Both the position numbers and the translations under genes were made by a program. DNA of 63,100 bases, counting the filler, from Rhabdomonas costata (Eukaryota), in the NCBI GenBank assembly GCA_019059605.1. It is 23 parts of 23 records of this genome, joined end to end, with 100 filler letters (N's around TTAATTAATTAA, not from the genome) between each part and the next. Parts side by side here need not be neighbours in the genome. Positions count along the whole stretch, not along the records: positions 38,486 to 41,133 come from JAHMHO010002497.1; positions 41,234 to 43,877 come from JAHMHO010002498.1; positions 43,978 to 46,623 come from JAHMHO010002499.1; positions 46,724 to 49,369 come from JAHMHO010002500.1; positions 49,470 to 52,119 come from JAHMHO010002501.1; 18 more parts are not named here. One strand, given 5' to 3'. Each line of letters opens with the position of its first letter. The stretch's first letter is position 1. This document shows, piece after piece, positions 38,486 through 51,965 of this stretch. The notes under the pieces were generated by a model. The model saw only the letters and a program-made list of their open reading frames with translations, had not been told where the DNA came from and did no database searches.

Positions 38486-40457
38486 GTGTTGGTTGCAGAA
38501 GGTCTGCATAAACAAATGCACAGAGAAGCCAAAGTCAACAATAAGTCAACATTGTTGCGGTTGCATTTGATCTCCGGAGCCAGACCAGGCTCAAACCTTA
38601 CAGTCCGAGGTGACTCGCGATAAGGGCTTGCCATGTGAGTCTCGGTTGTGTGTGTCCTCCCTCTCCAAACAGGGCAAACAAAATTCTCTCGCAAATTCGC
38701 AAATCACTTCCCGCATCCAATGTCTCTCGTAAAACTAAGGACAGCGTCCAGTTCTCATTGTGTGTGTTGATGATGGATGCGCTGGCATGGAATTGTTAAC
38801 GCGCGAGCGGGCGGATTGGTAAGAACGGTGACCTACCATCCTGCACTCCGCAAACTTGCCCTGCAGAATGCGGATGGCGTCAAGCACAACGTCACCACTA
38901 ACGATCGCAGTGGTGGTGGCAATAGCGGGCACAATGTTTCCCGCAATTGCTGTGCGCACGAAGAAAAACCGAATGGGTGTGAAGAGGGTGGAGGGGCACA
39001 GCGGGCAACAAAGAAGCAGATCATGAAGAAGGAGAAGCACGCGCTGCAGCTTTAGCAGAGCCACCAAAAGCCAAACGCTCCCCTCTTCCCATTCCGTACC
39101 TTTGACTTGGAACTTGCTCTCCATGGGAATCCCATAGATGTGGGCCCTGTGCGAGTAAAAACCTCGCGCGGACACAAACGCGAAAGCACTCGTGCATACA
39201 CAGCACAGACAGGAAAATCCAGAAATCAACAACAACAACAACAACAACAGAGGGCATACAAATACAGAATGGCCGCAGATTGGAGCGGTGTGCTGAGTCG
39301 AGCGTAGCGTCTCATTGCATGCACCATTCATCGTGGCTATTGAACAACACAAACAAAATAAAAAGTGAGTACAGGGGGAGGAAAAGAAAGTTAGAGTAGC
39401 ACACTACAATAAATAAACCTCAAGGGGGGCTAAGCACGAGTGGGTGGGAACTTCATACCCGTTTCAACTCATCTGTCGATTCTCACAACATGACCCAATA
39501 TGGCAAAATCGCTTGAAAATCAGAACAGGTCCAAGTTGACGTCTAAGCGCCAAGTATGGGGGGGGGGGGCGGCGGCGGCGGCGGAAAGGGCCGTCAACCT
39601 TAAAATCCTGTCCCCCCCTGCACAGCAACTTAAATTACCTGCTTTAGAGAGGTGCCACCATAAAAGAAAATTCATTAAACTTCTTAAAGGGTTCCCGAAA
39701 GCTCGTGAGGCCATGCCGTAGCCCAACGGTCAATTTGTCGGCCCCAGCCCCACAAACCTCAAGTTGGAAACAGCGGAGACAAAGTCCACGGCTGTGCTGT
39801 CGTCTTTGTCGAACGAGGTCCGCTCCCGTGCGAACAGGGGAACGAAACTATGTGTGCGCGTGCGTATGTGTGTGTGCGCGCGCGCCAATGTTGGGGTGGG
39901 ATGGCCACTCACTTGAGGATAAACGCAGCGCAGGACAGAATAAACCAAGGACAGTCACACCCCCGAAACTCAAAGGAAAGTATGCAACCCAATTTAAACA
40001 TAGTCTCCTCAGACCCTATGCAATTGTCATCGATTCGGCAGGATGATTATGGGGTCCCGTGACCCCCCCCCCGCCATTTTCGTTCGCACCCGTATCAAAG
40101 ACACGTCTTGTTTTGTGTTGCTGCGCCGCGGCAGGATGTTGCGCCCGTCCGCACATGCAGGTTGGGTGGCGTGTGGTACTTTCAGGGTTGCCGCGATAAG
40201 GCAAATGCCAACTCACAAGAGAAATTCGTACGGACAGTTTTTCTGATTGGTGACCGTAAAACAGTCGAGAAAACCAACAAACCATAAAACGCCGCATGAG
40301 CATGAACCAACATTGCAAAAAAAAAAAAAGGTTCGAGACGGTTTGCAAACGGAGAAAAAATCAAGGAAAAGGCAGGGGACCTGTGCACAAAGCAGTGGGC
40401 GTTCTGCTGCGGGGAGAGGACCGTTTCCGCAGAGAGCGCAGAGAGCTCTTTGGGGTC
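38486..40457 (-). CDS. UBA2: SUMO-activating enzyme subunit 2 (UBA2/SAE2), partial, spliced
   Basis: Exons 40457-40381, 39847-39758, 39146-39100, 38949-38837 and 38503- give [54 protein letters not shown]. Confidence 0.9.
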
Positions 40458-42076
40458 CTTTTTGAGCACAAGACACCCAGATGCAAAAACGGCCACAAAA
40501 TCGCGAATTCATGACCGAGTTAGTTCTTGGGTTCATAGGGGTCTGCCACTCTGGGAGAGATGTTAAAGGAAGACTAAATTGATTAAAAAATAACAGCTGA
40601 TATTTTCATTCAATGGATGGGGCAAATGTTGACTCTAGCTGTGAGTAAGTTTGCCCTCACCATCATACAAATGAGGACGACCCAATCGTTGTGCACACGG
40701 GAACGCACTCTATGCTCACTTCCAGGCACGACGGGACATGCCTGCGGGGGGAGCTCCGAAAATCGCGGCATTGGAGTAGGCGGAGTCGTTGTCCAAGTGG
40801 CGTCCTTGCACTGCAAGAGCTCCACAATGGCGCTGTGGTGAACCTGCACGGACCCCATAGCAGCTGTCATAACCGTTGCCCATACACCGCCGCCTGTGGC
40901 ATGCTCCCAAGGACACGAGCTTCGCCTTGCCAATCACCAAAAGCCGAAAGAAGACCATGACCAGCGTTTTCCGACATGCCTGGATCTAATCTCGAACGAT
41001 CAATGTCTCACCGCGGTAGGAAGAGGTAAACCACGTCCGCAGTCTTCAAAAATTGGAGAGGGATTATACATTGGAAGGGGGGACCTGTCAAACGGTGTCT
41101 TATTGTAAACATACTGACTGCGACCCCAAAACCNNNNNNNNNNNNNNNNNNNNNNNNNNNNNNNNNNNNNNNNNNNNTTAATTAATTAANNNNNNNNNNN
41201 NNNNNNNNNNNNNNNNNNNNNNNNNNNNNNNNNGGGTTTCATTGAAAATATTTCGACGTTGAATGGTTGAAAATTTTCCAGTTCAGATGCGTCTGGGTCC
41301 TTATGCGCTGTCTTTTCGTTTTCTGCTCTCACCTCTGAATACTTTCGAGAAAGCATATAAAACAACTGCTTTTAATACTCTTCATATGACAAAGCTCGAT
41401 TCGAAGGAGCCCTATTACACAGTAAAAGATGGCTAATAATTCGCTTTCTCTTAGCTCCTTCTCCCATTGCCCACGTTTTAAAAAGGGGAATCTGACCTTT
41501 TTCGCCCATAAACAGGCGTAAGACAGAGCCCAAGCTGGTGTCTCGGGGTCTCTGCCCTTCCCAAAGCTTATTTTCAACTGCAGATGGTTAGCACGGAGCA
41601 AAGCGACGCCGCAAGCAAATAATGGTAGCGTTAAGCTACGTTAAGCTAATGTATAAGCGAGTGTTTTTAATGCTCCGCGTCATATGACAAAGCTCGGTTC
41701 GAAGAAGCCCTACTAAACAGTGAAGAAAATGGCTCTTGGCTTTTGCCGTGATTTCAGTCCCTTTTTCCCCAAAAAAAAGCCAAATCGGACCTTTTTGCGA
41801 TTGCTGAACAGCGCGCATACAACCGCCTTTCTCCAAGGGGTCAGTATTTTTCCCCAGTTTGGCACCAAGTCTCCCATAAAAACCAACAGGGGAGGGGGGA
41901 CTCCGGATGGAAATTTTTGTCCGAAAAAAGCGAACATTTTCCTAACCGACAGGTTCACTGTGTGAACAATCGGACATCTGCCGATTTTATTTATTCCACA
42001 CTCATCATCTCTTTGACGGAGTCTTCAGTGGTTTGCTGGTGAGAAGGGGTAGTAGCGGCGTGGGATGTCTTGACAG

Positions 42077-42597
42077 GTGCCGTTCGGACAGCTGCCATCA
42101 ACAGGTCGCACTTTGAGATCTGCATGGGCCCTGTGATTGATGTCCTGAAGCGCAACGCCAGCGTGGAGAACCCGCTTTACAGCTACTACAAGTATTTTGT
42201 GACTGTGCTTGCGCACATAAGGCAATTAGAAGGTTCAGTTCCGGTGTCAACTATGAGAAATGTCTGACGAACGCGGGATTTCGAAAAGAACTCGCTTGGG
42301 TTTGTGTTATCTGTCACCTCTGGATTTCGCAACTGAACTCTTGCACTCTAACTCAGGCATTTTCGGTTTTCGGAGGTTTTTTTTTTAATCCTTTGGTTTG
42401 TTGTTTGCGTCTCTACCCCCACCTTATTTTTGAGATGACGTGGGCCATTTTTGACACGTTCATTCCACAACCCCCCGGCATGATCTTCTTCGTTGTGACA
42501 GCCATTCTTTGCCACAGTTAGCAGAAGGAAACGGTTGTTTTGTTTCCGCAGCACCAAGGCGACAAAGGCTGGGGCCCCGGAGAGCGCCACGAAATAA
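42077..42597 (+). CDS. PKAR: PKA regulatory subunit, C-terminal end of the CNB-B domain (last two exons)
   Basis: Exon 42077-42191 encodes AVRTAAINRSHFEICMGPVIDVLKRNASVENPLYSYY. It splices in phase 2 to 42552-42597, which ends in TAA. F...(L/M)GP..D.LKR is the PKA-R CNB-B signature. Confidence 0.8.
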
Positions 42598-42811
42598 CTG
42601 CGTGGAAGAATTTCATAGTTAGAGAAGCAGTTGTGTGTTGTGGTGAGCCCTTTTCTCCCGAGGATGCCATGTGCTTTCGTTCTTGCGCTTTCCGTGTTTC
42701 GTGAAGTCTTGCATTGTGTTTTCTCCTATGTTTGTTTCGCACACGTGGTTTTTGTATGGCTCTGCTTTTTCCTCTTCTCTTGGCTGACTTTTGCAGCTTG
42801 TCGTTGGTCCA

Positions 42812-42814
<3 letters not shown>

Positions 42815-42856
<42 letters not shown>
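42815..42856. repeat. (AC)n microsatellite, about 21 units
   Basis: Perfect AC run downstream of the PKA-R stop codon. Confidence 0.97.
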
Positions 42857-42858
<2 letters not shown>

Positions 42859-43977
42859 TGTTCGCTTTTCCTGTCAGCCTTCCAGCCAACTCTTCCTTTC
42901 CCTCTCCCCACCCCCTCTTTTCCCTCGCGCATCCCTGTGCTTGTTACATGTAATAGTCGTCACGTCGCACGAGTGCTGCAGAAGTCGTGTTTGTCTTTCC
43001 TCGCACCATCCTGCGCTTTCTCTCAACAATGACGGCATATTATCCATGATTCGCGTTTGGTTATTTGAAAGGGTGTGATAGACGGATGTACAATGTGGCT
43101 ATCAAGTCGAACGGCTATCGAACCAACGTTGCCAGTTGTCGAACGGGCATTTGCCGGGGTTCACACGTCCCACACGATGTTGGGCGTATGACCATGGTCT
43201 AACCGACATTGCGTGGGCTCGTTCCTTTATGAACGGATCCCGCGACGAGCTAGCAGGGTATGTGTCGGAAAGCGAAACACAGTGAGGGAGCCAATACAGC
43301 GAGGCAGTGTCTCAGAAGCGAGGCTCGGGGGGTTCTGGGGAGGCGGTGTCTCCGAAGCAACATGCGTTAAAACGTCACGTGGGCCGCGCGCCGTTACCGG
43401 GGCGTTGGGGGTCAAACGCTTCCCACCCCCTATTTCGGTTTTCGGGCATCGTATTTCCCGTTTCTGTGCGCCCTCCCGTCGCCTTGGTGCCCTGTTTGTT
43501 TGTCATTTGCCCCCCGCTCTTCATGCCGATTTGCTCTTCCGCGCCTCTTTGCTGCTTTGCCCCCGCGTTACCTTTGTTTACATGGCGCAATGGGCCCTAG
43601 GCCCGTGAACGGCACCATTGCCCTGGGCAAAACCGTGGCTTCCTCCGCTTTCCGCGACTCGGCAAACCACACCTTGCCGAGGAAAAAGGGGGGGAAACCG
43701 CGGGCACACCAGCAAAGCGGGCGTAACGGTTTAGTAGGACACCGGGTGAAAGGCACACCGCCTCAGAGGATTTCGGGTCACCCAAAAAGAAAGATTAACA
43801 ATCAAAATGTATAATTTGGTTTCAGGACGAAATCAACCCCCGAAATCAACCCACCCATTTAGAACGCACAAAAAAACNNNNNNNNNNNNNNNNNNNNNNN
43901 NNNNNNNNNNNNNNNNNNNNNTTAATTAATTAANNNNNNNNNNNNNNNNNNNNNNNNNNNNNNNNNNNNNNNNNNNN

Positions 43978-45133
43978 GGGGGTGGCCGTGGGAGAGCTCG
44001 TGGGGGTGCTTGTGGGCGTCGAGGATGGAGTGGAGGTCGGAGAAGAAGTTGGTGTGGATGAAGGGCTAGCAGTCGGTGTGAAGGTAGGGGTCGAAGTAGG
44101 TGTGGAAGTGGGCGTTATCGTTCCCGTAGGGGTAGGGGTAGGAGTGGCCGTTGGTGTGGCAGTCGTGGAGGGGGTAGGAGTGGGTGTAGACGAGGGAGAA
44201 AAGGTTGGTGTTGACGACGGGCTAACCGTAGGAGTGAAGGTTGGAGTCGGAGTTGGTGTCGAAGTGGGTGTCAAGGTTTCAGTGGGAGTTGGAGTGGGCG
44301 TTGAGCTGGGGGATGTGGTGCTTGTTGGTGTACTGGAAGGGCTGGATGACGGTGTAGATGTAGGCGTCAATGTGGTCGTCGGAGTGACGGTGGCCTCGGT
44401 GGTCTGAATTTGTATGTTTGGGTGACTGGGACGGTGAATAATTTTGTGTTTCTTTGAGTATGTTTGTGCACGAAAAAGAGACGGACGAGAGGGAGAACGA
44501 TTGCGAATGCATGAAAAGATACTCGGAGAAGAGTGAGGAGTGCTTCTTGAATTCGCTGGGACTATAATTGCCTATCCTCAGTGACCCTCCTGCCAAGCGA
44601 TTCGATCCTGCAAATCCAGTGGTGTGAAATGAGAAGTTATCAGTCAAATCAAACCTCACGGAAAAACAAAACTGGTGGATGGGTTTAAAACAGCGAAGGA
44701 CGGTGAAGCATTCATAACCACATCCCTTCCCACAAAAGAGAGTCTATGGCCGTATGGGCTCACAGGAATTGGTATTCACCTCGTGCGCTTTTGAGACAAG
44801 GAAAGACAAGTGCAACAACTGTTCCCGTGCCGAACCCTCGGGGAGAGTCGAGGCTTGTGCACGGTAACACAAGTGCTCAGGAGTTGAGACTGAATATATG
44901 AAGTATGATACGGCGATGGTAAAGCAACGAAAGGTTTTTAAGAATAGCGAACGCCACTCACGATGTGAATAGCGCCGCTGCGCAATCGGGAATAGGGGTG
45001 GGGGGGGGACAAAACAGTCCATAGCCGAAAAAACAGCAACCTGGAGGCACGCTAGGATGACGGTTGCCACGATGAGAACCACCACACCAGCCCGAATGGT
45101 CAGTCGGGCGGGGTCATCCCGTGGGATTCTCAT
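43978..45133 (-). CDS. Membrane-anchored Pro/Thr/Ser-rich mucin-like protein, partial
   Basis: A putative first exon at 45133-45041 reads MRIPRDD...[17 protein letters not shown]. The exon from 44403 reads [22 protein letters not shown]... with synonymous codon variation, so it is coding rather than a satellite. The middle exons are uncertain. Confidence 0.65.
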
Positions 45134-46915
45134 TGCTTTGGAAGGAGATGCGCGAGATGTGGGACTAAAGGCACAAACTTTTCGGCGAACAATAGAAGTC
45201 ACGGAAACGACATGGAATGGCACACAAACCTTGTAAAAAAAGGTATAAAAAATGCGCAGCGCAGCGGGACATTTCCCACTTTTATTCCACCCACAGCCTA
45301 CCATTGATCAAAACAAAAACAGAAATGCACTATTTTTCCGTTCAGCAACCCAACTTGACTTGCCTGCCCCATTCTGGGAAGAGAGGCAGGGGGCTTGGCG
45401 CGGTTTTCCTTGCTCACATGCTTGTGGAGAAGTGCCCCTTCAGTGAGGCAGGGGGGATGGGGACTCGCCCGGAGAAAGCCCCGACCTGGAGGAGGAAAGA
45501 TTGGTAACCAAATACCCACAAGGAAGGTGGATACAGCAATCAAAGTATAATGCAGCTGTCCCATGCACACCCCAATCCTGGGGTGTGCTTGGAATCTGTC
45601 ATTAGATATTCACCGCAACACTATCCGTGATTTACATCATAACCAGGTTGTCATCTTCCCTCAACCTCGTTGTCGACCACCATCACCATCAGCTGAGAGT
45701 TACGTGAATCTAACATTGATAAAAGCCCCCCCCCCCAATCTGCATTGGGACATCTGAGTTTGGGTTCAGCTGTGTTTGAGTTTGGGAGGACTTTCAGGGG
45801 GCGAGCAAGACGACAAAACTCTCTAACAGCTATCCCGCTCCTTCCCATGGCACGGCGACATGTACATCACACTTGCATGTGCATAGGTGCTCGGCGGAGC
45901 AGTCAACCAGGCCAACCAATCGCACAGCGACGCCACCAAAAACCCACCTACACACATACAAAAAGAGAATGAGAGGAAAAGGAAAAAAGCGCGCAGAGCA
46001 GACGACACCCTGCGAAAACCTTCGGCCACACCCAGAATAGGCCAATGGAGAGGCAAAGAGCTGTACAAGAGCAAGCATGCAACCACTGCCGAAGAAATAG
46101 CACGACAAGCAGCAACGAACCACACAAAAACTATGGACACTTCTTTCTCTCTTTCATGTGTCTTTGGAGTTCTTCATAGCTGGGTTGTCATCCGGTAAAG
46201 GAGGAGCACCTGTGAAAAGCACCCACAGGTATACATTGACCGATGGGGAGAGGAAGCTCGGTACCTTTGCATGAAGTAGCCGACTCGGTATATTTTCTGC
46301 TCATTTTCTGCCCATTGCAAAGTGGGCTCATGATGGAACGGAAGAAAGCAGCAACATGGGCAACCCTTCGAGCGGGTCTGAAAAGCATTCTGTGGGTTAG
46401 CAACGCATGGAAGGGAGGGGGGGCATCACACCATACAACATACCCCCAACCTTTCCTTTCAAATGCGCATCTGCTGCGAACCACACATAACCATAAACCC
46501 TGTTTTGGAAATAACAGGTTCGGAACCACCGCAGACGAAATGATCACTCATTATTTATAACACTGCACTTTTGTCCGGCTGAAATCCCAAGCAACTAGTT
46601 GCATTACTCACCCGCCCCACCCCNNNNNNNNNNNNNNNNNNNNNNNNNNNNNNNNNNNNNNNNNNNNTTAATTAATTAANNNNNNNNNNNNNNNNNNNNN
46701 NNNNNNNNNNNNNNNNNNNNNNNTTTGTGTGGAGAAGTGAGCAATCGAAAAACAAAGCAAGAGAAAAGTTGTCCACAAAAGTCCACTGGACTACGCCCTC
46801 CAAAACCGAACCATTGCAGGAAAGACAGAAAATGTGAGCAGCAAAAAAGGGGAGGGGCACAGAAAATAGGGTTACACCGGAATCTCCATTCTCAAAGAAA
46901 CCCTGACAAAGGGAT

Positions 46916-49369
46916 TCAAACATCCCATTGCCCCTCTTCCACAGTGCTGCTGCTGCTGCTACTGGCACTCGTGGTGCAGCGGCCCAAGAAGGGTGGAGGT
47001 AGCCCAATCTCAGCCCAACCCGAGCAGCACGGCTGCCACTGCAGGGCGTAAGCGTGATGGCCCTCCCGAATGCTCTGAATTAGGAACCGGCATCCGTCGC
47101 GCAGGGGCGGAGCACAGGGGTGGTCCGCAGCTGCGGCGGAGGAGACCAGGGCCTCCAGCTGAGCCAGCTGGGGGTGGGGAGGCTCTCCCGAGCGCCGCCA
47201 CTCCTGGAAGGTGGAGAGCATCATCTGATCACGGGAGCCCTCCTCCAGGGCGTTCCCTTGCTCCGCCGCAGCCAAGCTGTACATCCACTCGTCTGCAACC
47301 CAACGTGCGTCTGTGTGTGTGTGTGTGTGCGTGCGTGTGTCTGGGTGCAAGTTGAGCGCATACCTGCGCTGGGTGCGGAGATGGTGCCCGTCCTGGTCTT
47401 GTGCTGGCGCCCTGTTTTCTGTGCTAGTGGGCACCCGAGTCGGCTGGCGGCTGTTTGTGAGGAGAGGAGGGAACCGAGAGGTTCATGAATAAAACGAAAA
47501 AAGGGGCAGTGCCCGTCAAATGGTGAAAGAACAGCGCTTAGTCACAAAATCCCTGGAAGCAGTCATTCGGTGTGCAAAAAACAACAACAGAAGAGCTTGC
47601 TTGTGCTGTGGGGAGACGGAGGGTAACTGTGGTTGTCTCAGATCCTCCACTTCCAAGTTTTAAACTACCATTTTTGGATACTTTCGAAAAGCTGGAATTG
47701 AAGATTTTTCCTGGCTGACAAGCAGGGCCTGGAATGACCATGCCTCTCACAGGCAAGGGTCACCGAACTCATTCCCACCAGAAGACATGTCCGCCGACAC
47801 AGGACGCGGGGCAAACTACCTTCCCCCCCACACCCACCCACGCATACCCCTGGTACTTCCCACAGGGATCCCAAGCACAGCCACATTGCACAACATTGGG
47901 GATCGCCCAAGCATACCTTGATCGCCCTCTGTGCGTAACTCCTTGAGCACGCGGTAGCAAGGGCGGGAACGTCCCGGTTCACCTCGCCCAACAAAGGCCA
48001 CCTGGAGAAAAAACACGACATCAGAGTACCTTCATAGCAACAACCCTATGTGCCAAACGAGGTTGCTCGAAGAAAAACAACATAACGACCTGCCTACGAA
48101 GAGATTTGGAGATCGCAAATCACCAAATATATCCCAGCAGGTGGAAGCTTCAATGTGAGCATTCGCCACTGAAGAGATCGGATTTTTATGTCGTGGTCGA
48201 GTTTGGGATAATGGGATAAGGACAAAGCGCCAAACCCGAAAATTGCGCGCACCTTGAACCATCCCAGCAGTGGGTGAAACCTAACCGGGGTGGCTGTCCT
48301 GCTTCGTCAGGAAGGGGGGGGGGCAGACAACCAGTCCACAACAATTAAGAAACCAAAAACGGTATACTGACGAATGACTCGAAAAAGAAACGATAGGACA
48401 GGCCACAACGTACCGGAGTAAACAAATACGCGAACCGCGCCTTCTCCATCACACCCTCGTCCACCAAAAGATCCACTTCCGCAGCCTTGCACAGCCGGCA
48501 AAGACCCACCGCCATCCCCACCGGGACCCCTAGCACGTTGCACGCCCGCCACCCTGCACACCCCATGGGCCCAGCCATCACCCGCCCGTACGAGATCCCC
48601 ATCGTAAACCGGAAGCGAGCTGCCAAAGGGGAGCTCAGCAATTTCATGGCGGCCTGCACGGCGGCTCTGCAGTGGTCTGACTTCCGGTAGATCGCCAGGA
48701 GTTGGTCCCCGAAGAAAATCGTGAAAACGCCCTCACCGACGGAAGACTTCATGAGGGCCACCGCCTCAGCCATGCCCGAGGCAAGCGTATCGGGGGAAAG
48801 CAATCTATGTGAAAAAGATTCGGTGGTCAGATGACTCGCTGAGGCAGCAGCCAAAGGGAAAACCAATGGATTTTTTTTTCGGGATTGCTGGTGAAGACCG
48901 ACCTTTTTTCTAGTAGAGCAACTTTCAGAAACAAAAAACAACAAAGGGAGCTCAATCATACTCGCACATCCGATGAGTACCCACGTGGTTGATGCACAGC
49001 AGCGCAGCAAACCGGAGGGGTAACCCCGGCGGAGTGGTTTGCGAGGTTTCTGGGGATATGTGCAACATGTCGCCAGAGTCTTCCAAGCTTGCCGCAGCGA
49101 CATCAGCCAAGTGCAGGCTCGTCCGGGGGCCCCGAGCGGAAGACCGGAAGGTGAGGGTCCACTCGGACTGAACTCGGGATCGTGGTAGATCGTTTGGCAG
49201 GAAATGCCTGTAATGGGACAAGCTCGTCACCATCATCATAAAGCTGCAATGCAGACGATTCAGCTCCCACGAGACGGAATACATGGGCTGAATGTCCTCA
49301 AGCTGCATCGCCGCCACTCGAGCCATCTGCCGTACAAGCCTTCGGACAAGACAACTCAACCACAAAACC
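46916..49369 (-). CDS. HAMP + degenerate class III nucleotide cyclase-like protein, 3' part, spliced
   Basis: Exons 49369-48968, 48804-48414, 48001-47917 and 47292-46916. HAMP: MARVAAMQLE..E...SFMMMV.SL..YRHFLP. Cyclase: FFGDQLL, GISYGRVMAGPMG, VLGVPVGMAVGL, LLVDE. C-terminal DEWMYSL. Confidence 0.8.
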
Positions 49370-49563
49370 NNNNNNNNNNNNNNNNNNNNNNNNNNNNNNN
49401 NNNNNNNNNNNNNTTAATTAATTAANNNNNNNNNNNNNNNNNNNNNNNNNNNNNNNNNNNNNNNNNNNNTTTTTCTCTCGATCATCAGAGTTGGTTCAAT
49501 ATTTCAGGCATTTTATCCTTTTCTAAGCTGACGCTGAAAGCTGCATTTCTGTTTGCTGTGCAG

Positions 49564-50311
49564 ATCTATGGCCCTATTCATCCGAAAGATGCTTACTTCA
49601 TCCTTGGCCGGGGCTCAGAAAGTCTTCCAGGAAAGTATCACGTCGCCAAAAAGTATGCAGAGGCTTACGAGCGGCGTGCGTCTTCTCAATTCTGGTGGGA
49701 TCCCTGACACGCACTGGCCTTGCGGTTTCATGCATAACTACTTGGTCTTGCTTTCCTTTGCAACGGGCTGTGCGGTTGTGTGCCTGTTGTTGCAATGCGT
49801 TACTTTTTTATTTTCGTTCCGCTGCCAACGAAAATTATGTGGTTCTGTTTCCCTCTACGCTGCTACTCGAATTCGAAAGTGCGTTGTGTGTTAGACTAGC
49901 CGGAAGGTCCAATGGTGATCCAATACTGGGCCCCAGGAAGCAAAAGGGAACTTAGGCGTTATTGTGTCATTGTGCTGAAGCTTCTTAATTGTCTCCCACC
50001 TCTGAAGCGTGGGTGATCAGCACTGTTCTTCGTTGTGCCGCGCCTGCATACTGACTCTGGCTGTTTGCGTCGCATGGCATGTGCGCCCACACAGGGGTCT
50101 GCAGTTCGCGGACTTCCGGCACTTGGACGACCAGAGGATCCGCGAGTTCGAGGACCTTCAGATGGCCCAAGAAATTGCACAGCTGAAGAAGGAGATTGCG
50201 GAGGGCAGGCTGCTGCCCAACCAGCCAGTGGGGCGGATTCAGTTCCCTCCCTCCCCGTTCTTCCCCGCTCGCAGACCCCAGCCCTCCCTGAAATCCTTGG
50301 AGGCTCTGTGA
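49564..50311 (+). CDS. Hypothetical protein, last two exons
   Basis: AG|49564-~49679 and AG|50095-50311(TGA): GLQFADFRHLDDQRIREFEDLQMAQEIAQLKKEIAEG. Codons have high GC at the third position. Confidence 0.5.
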
Positions 50312-50962
50312 GTGACTACGAGAGGGACTTTTGATGACAGTGTGAGGGTTGCCTGGGCGGTGAGCTGCGACAGAGGGACGGTGTTCCGTCAATGCTCTTG
50401 TACTTGTTTCTCTGTTTTGGGCGAAAAATGTTAGGAAATGCATAAAAACAGCTACTGAGCACGTTTCGCGGCGCTGCCTGCGGAGTCAGCAGAAGTTAAA
50501 CGCTGTTCTTTCGACTGGTGGACCTGACCAGACCCGAAGGGGAAGGGGTGGTAGTAAGGCTGCCTAAGCCATTCGATTTGTGGTGCTGCGGAGGTATTTG
50601 TTGGTTGAAGCAGGGGGGATCAAGGCAGAAGCATTCATTGCGAGAAAACTGCGGAACTAAAAATACGGAGACAGTTGTTTTGTGTATTTTTGAATGTTAG
50701 TGGATCAGTCACTCTCAAAATGGGCCGGCCTTCACGCTGAGAAGTTCGAGCTTATGGTGGTGGCCCTTCCGGCTCCTCCATCAAAACCTAGCCGGTTTTG
50801 TCTCCTTCAATAATGCGAATGAAAAGTGGAGTGATTCGCTAAGTAACTCGCAGGCGGTTGTGCTTACTGGTTTGTATGTTCCTATTTCAGTATTGCTGCT
50901 TTTATTCTCGTTCTGATACTCTGACACTCTGTCGCTCACACTGAAGTGGTGGGGCCACTCAT

Positions 50963-51897
50963 ATGGCAGAGTCCTCCAGTGCTCGAGGAGCTGGGGCAGA
51001 ACATCATCCCGAAGATGAACTCGAGGACATGGGGTTTGCTGCTTTCTTTTTTTGCTTTCTCTTGCCGGTGAAACCCATGAACCTAAACGCAGCGATCCCG
51101 GCAGAGTGCATGCCCCAGCGATTTCCTGAAACCCCGAAAGTGCGAATTTGAAATATTTTACGGATTTTTGGAACGCCGAAAAATAGAAATTTCTGCGGAT
51201 TTTTCAACCAAGTTCAAGGCAAAAAAAAAATACGAAATTATGGGGTCCAAATAGCCGTCTACTTGGGTCTGCGCTGAAACAACACTGTTTTGCCCTTTCT
51301 TACCAATAGTTTGCGCCCTGGCCTTTGCAGCTCGGTCGTCAGAACACACATCACTTAATCAGCGTGCTTGCAGGTTACACCGCAGCAGCCTAACAGCCAG
51401 TCAGCCTCAACATACTGGGGGAAGTTTACATTGTTTGAAAAATCGCAGCTTTCTCACGAATCCCTACTTGCTCCATACCCAAGGCGATGCTCTGAGATTC
51501 GAAATTTTTGACACTTGGGCAGCAGTGCTGACCTTTGGGGGGACATTGGAGCGGCGCGGCGATAGCGAAGCAGTGGGGTGGTTCACCAGGTCACCAGCCG
51601 AAAAGGGCTGTTGCAAAGAGAATACAGGGAAGAGGGAAACAAGGGACACAAGGGACCCCCAAAACTGGCAACTTTGAGGAACGAGTCAACGCAAAGCCGT
51701 ACGTTTCTGGGCGAAAAAAAACCCTGAAAATAGATTCTGGGAAGGTTTTTCTAATTTCGGAGCTAGCAAACAAGCCCAGCATGCCTTTCCTCTTTCCTTA
51801 GTGAGATCTCCCTCTCCTCGGTACCCCCGGAGCTGCTCGGAAAGATCTGGCACCGCCTTGAGGAGAAGGTGCAACGCGCAGTTCAAAGGAAGCTTCT

Positions 51898-51965
<68 letters not shown>

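Noticed and set aside
43982-44407. Plus-strand Val/Gly-rich ORF
   Set aside because: It is the antisense shadow of the Pro/Thr-rich exon.
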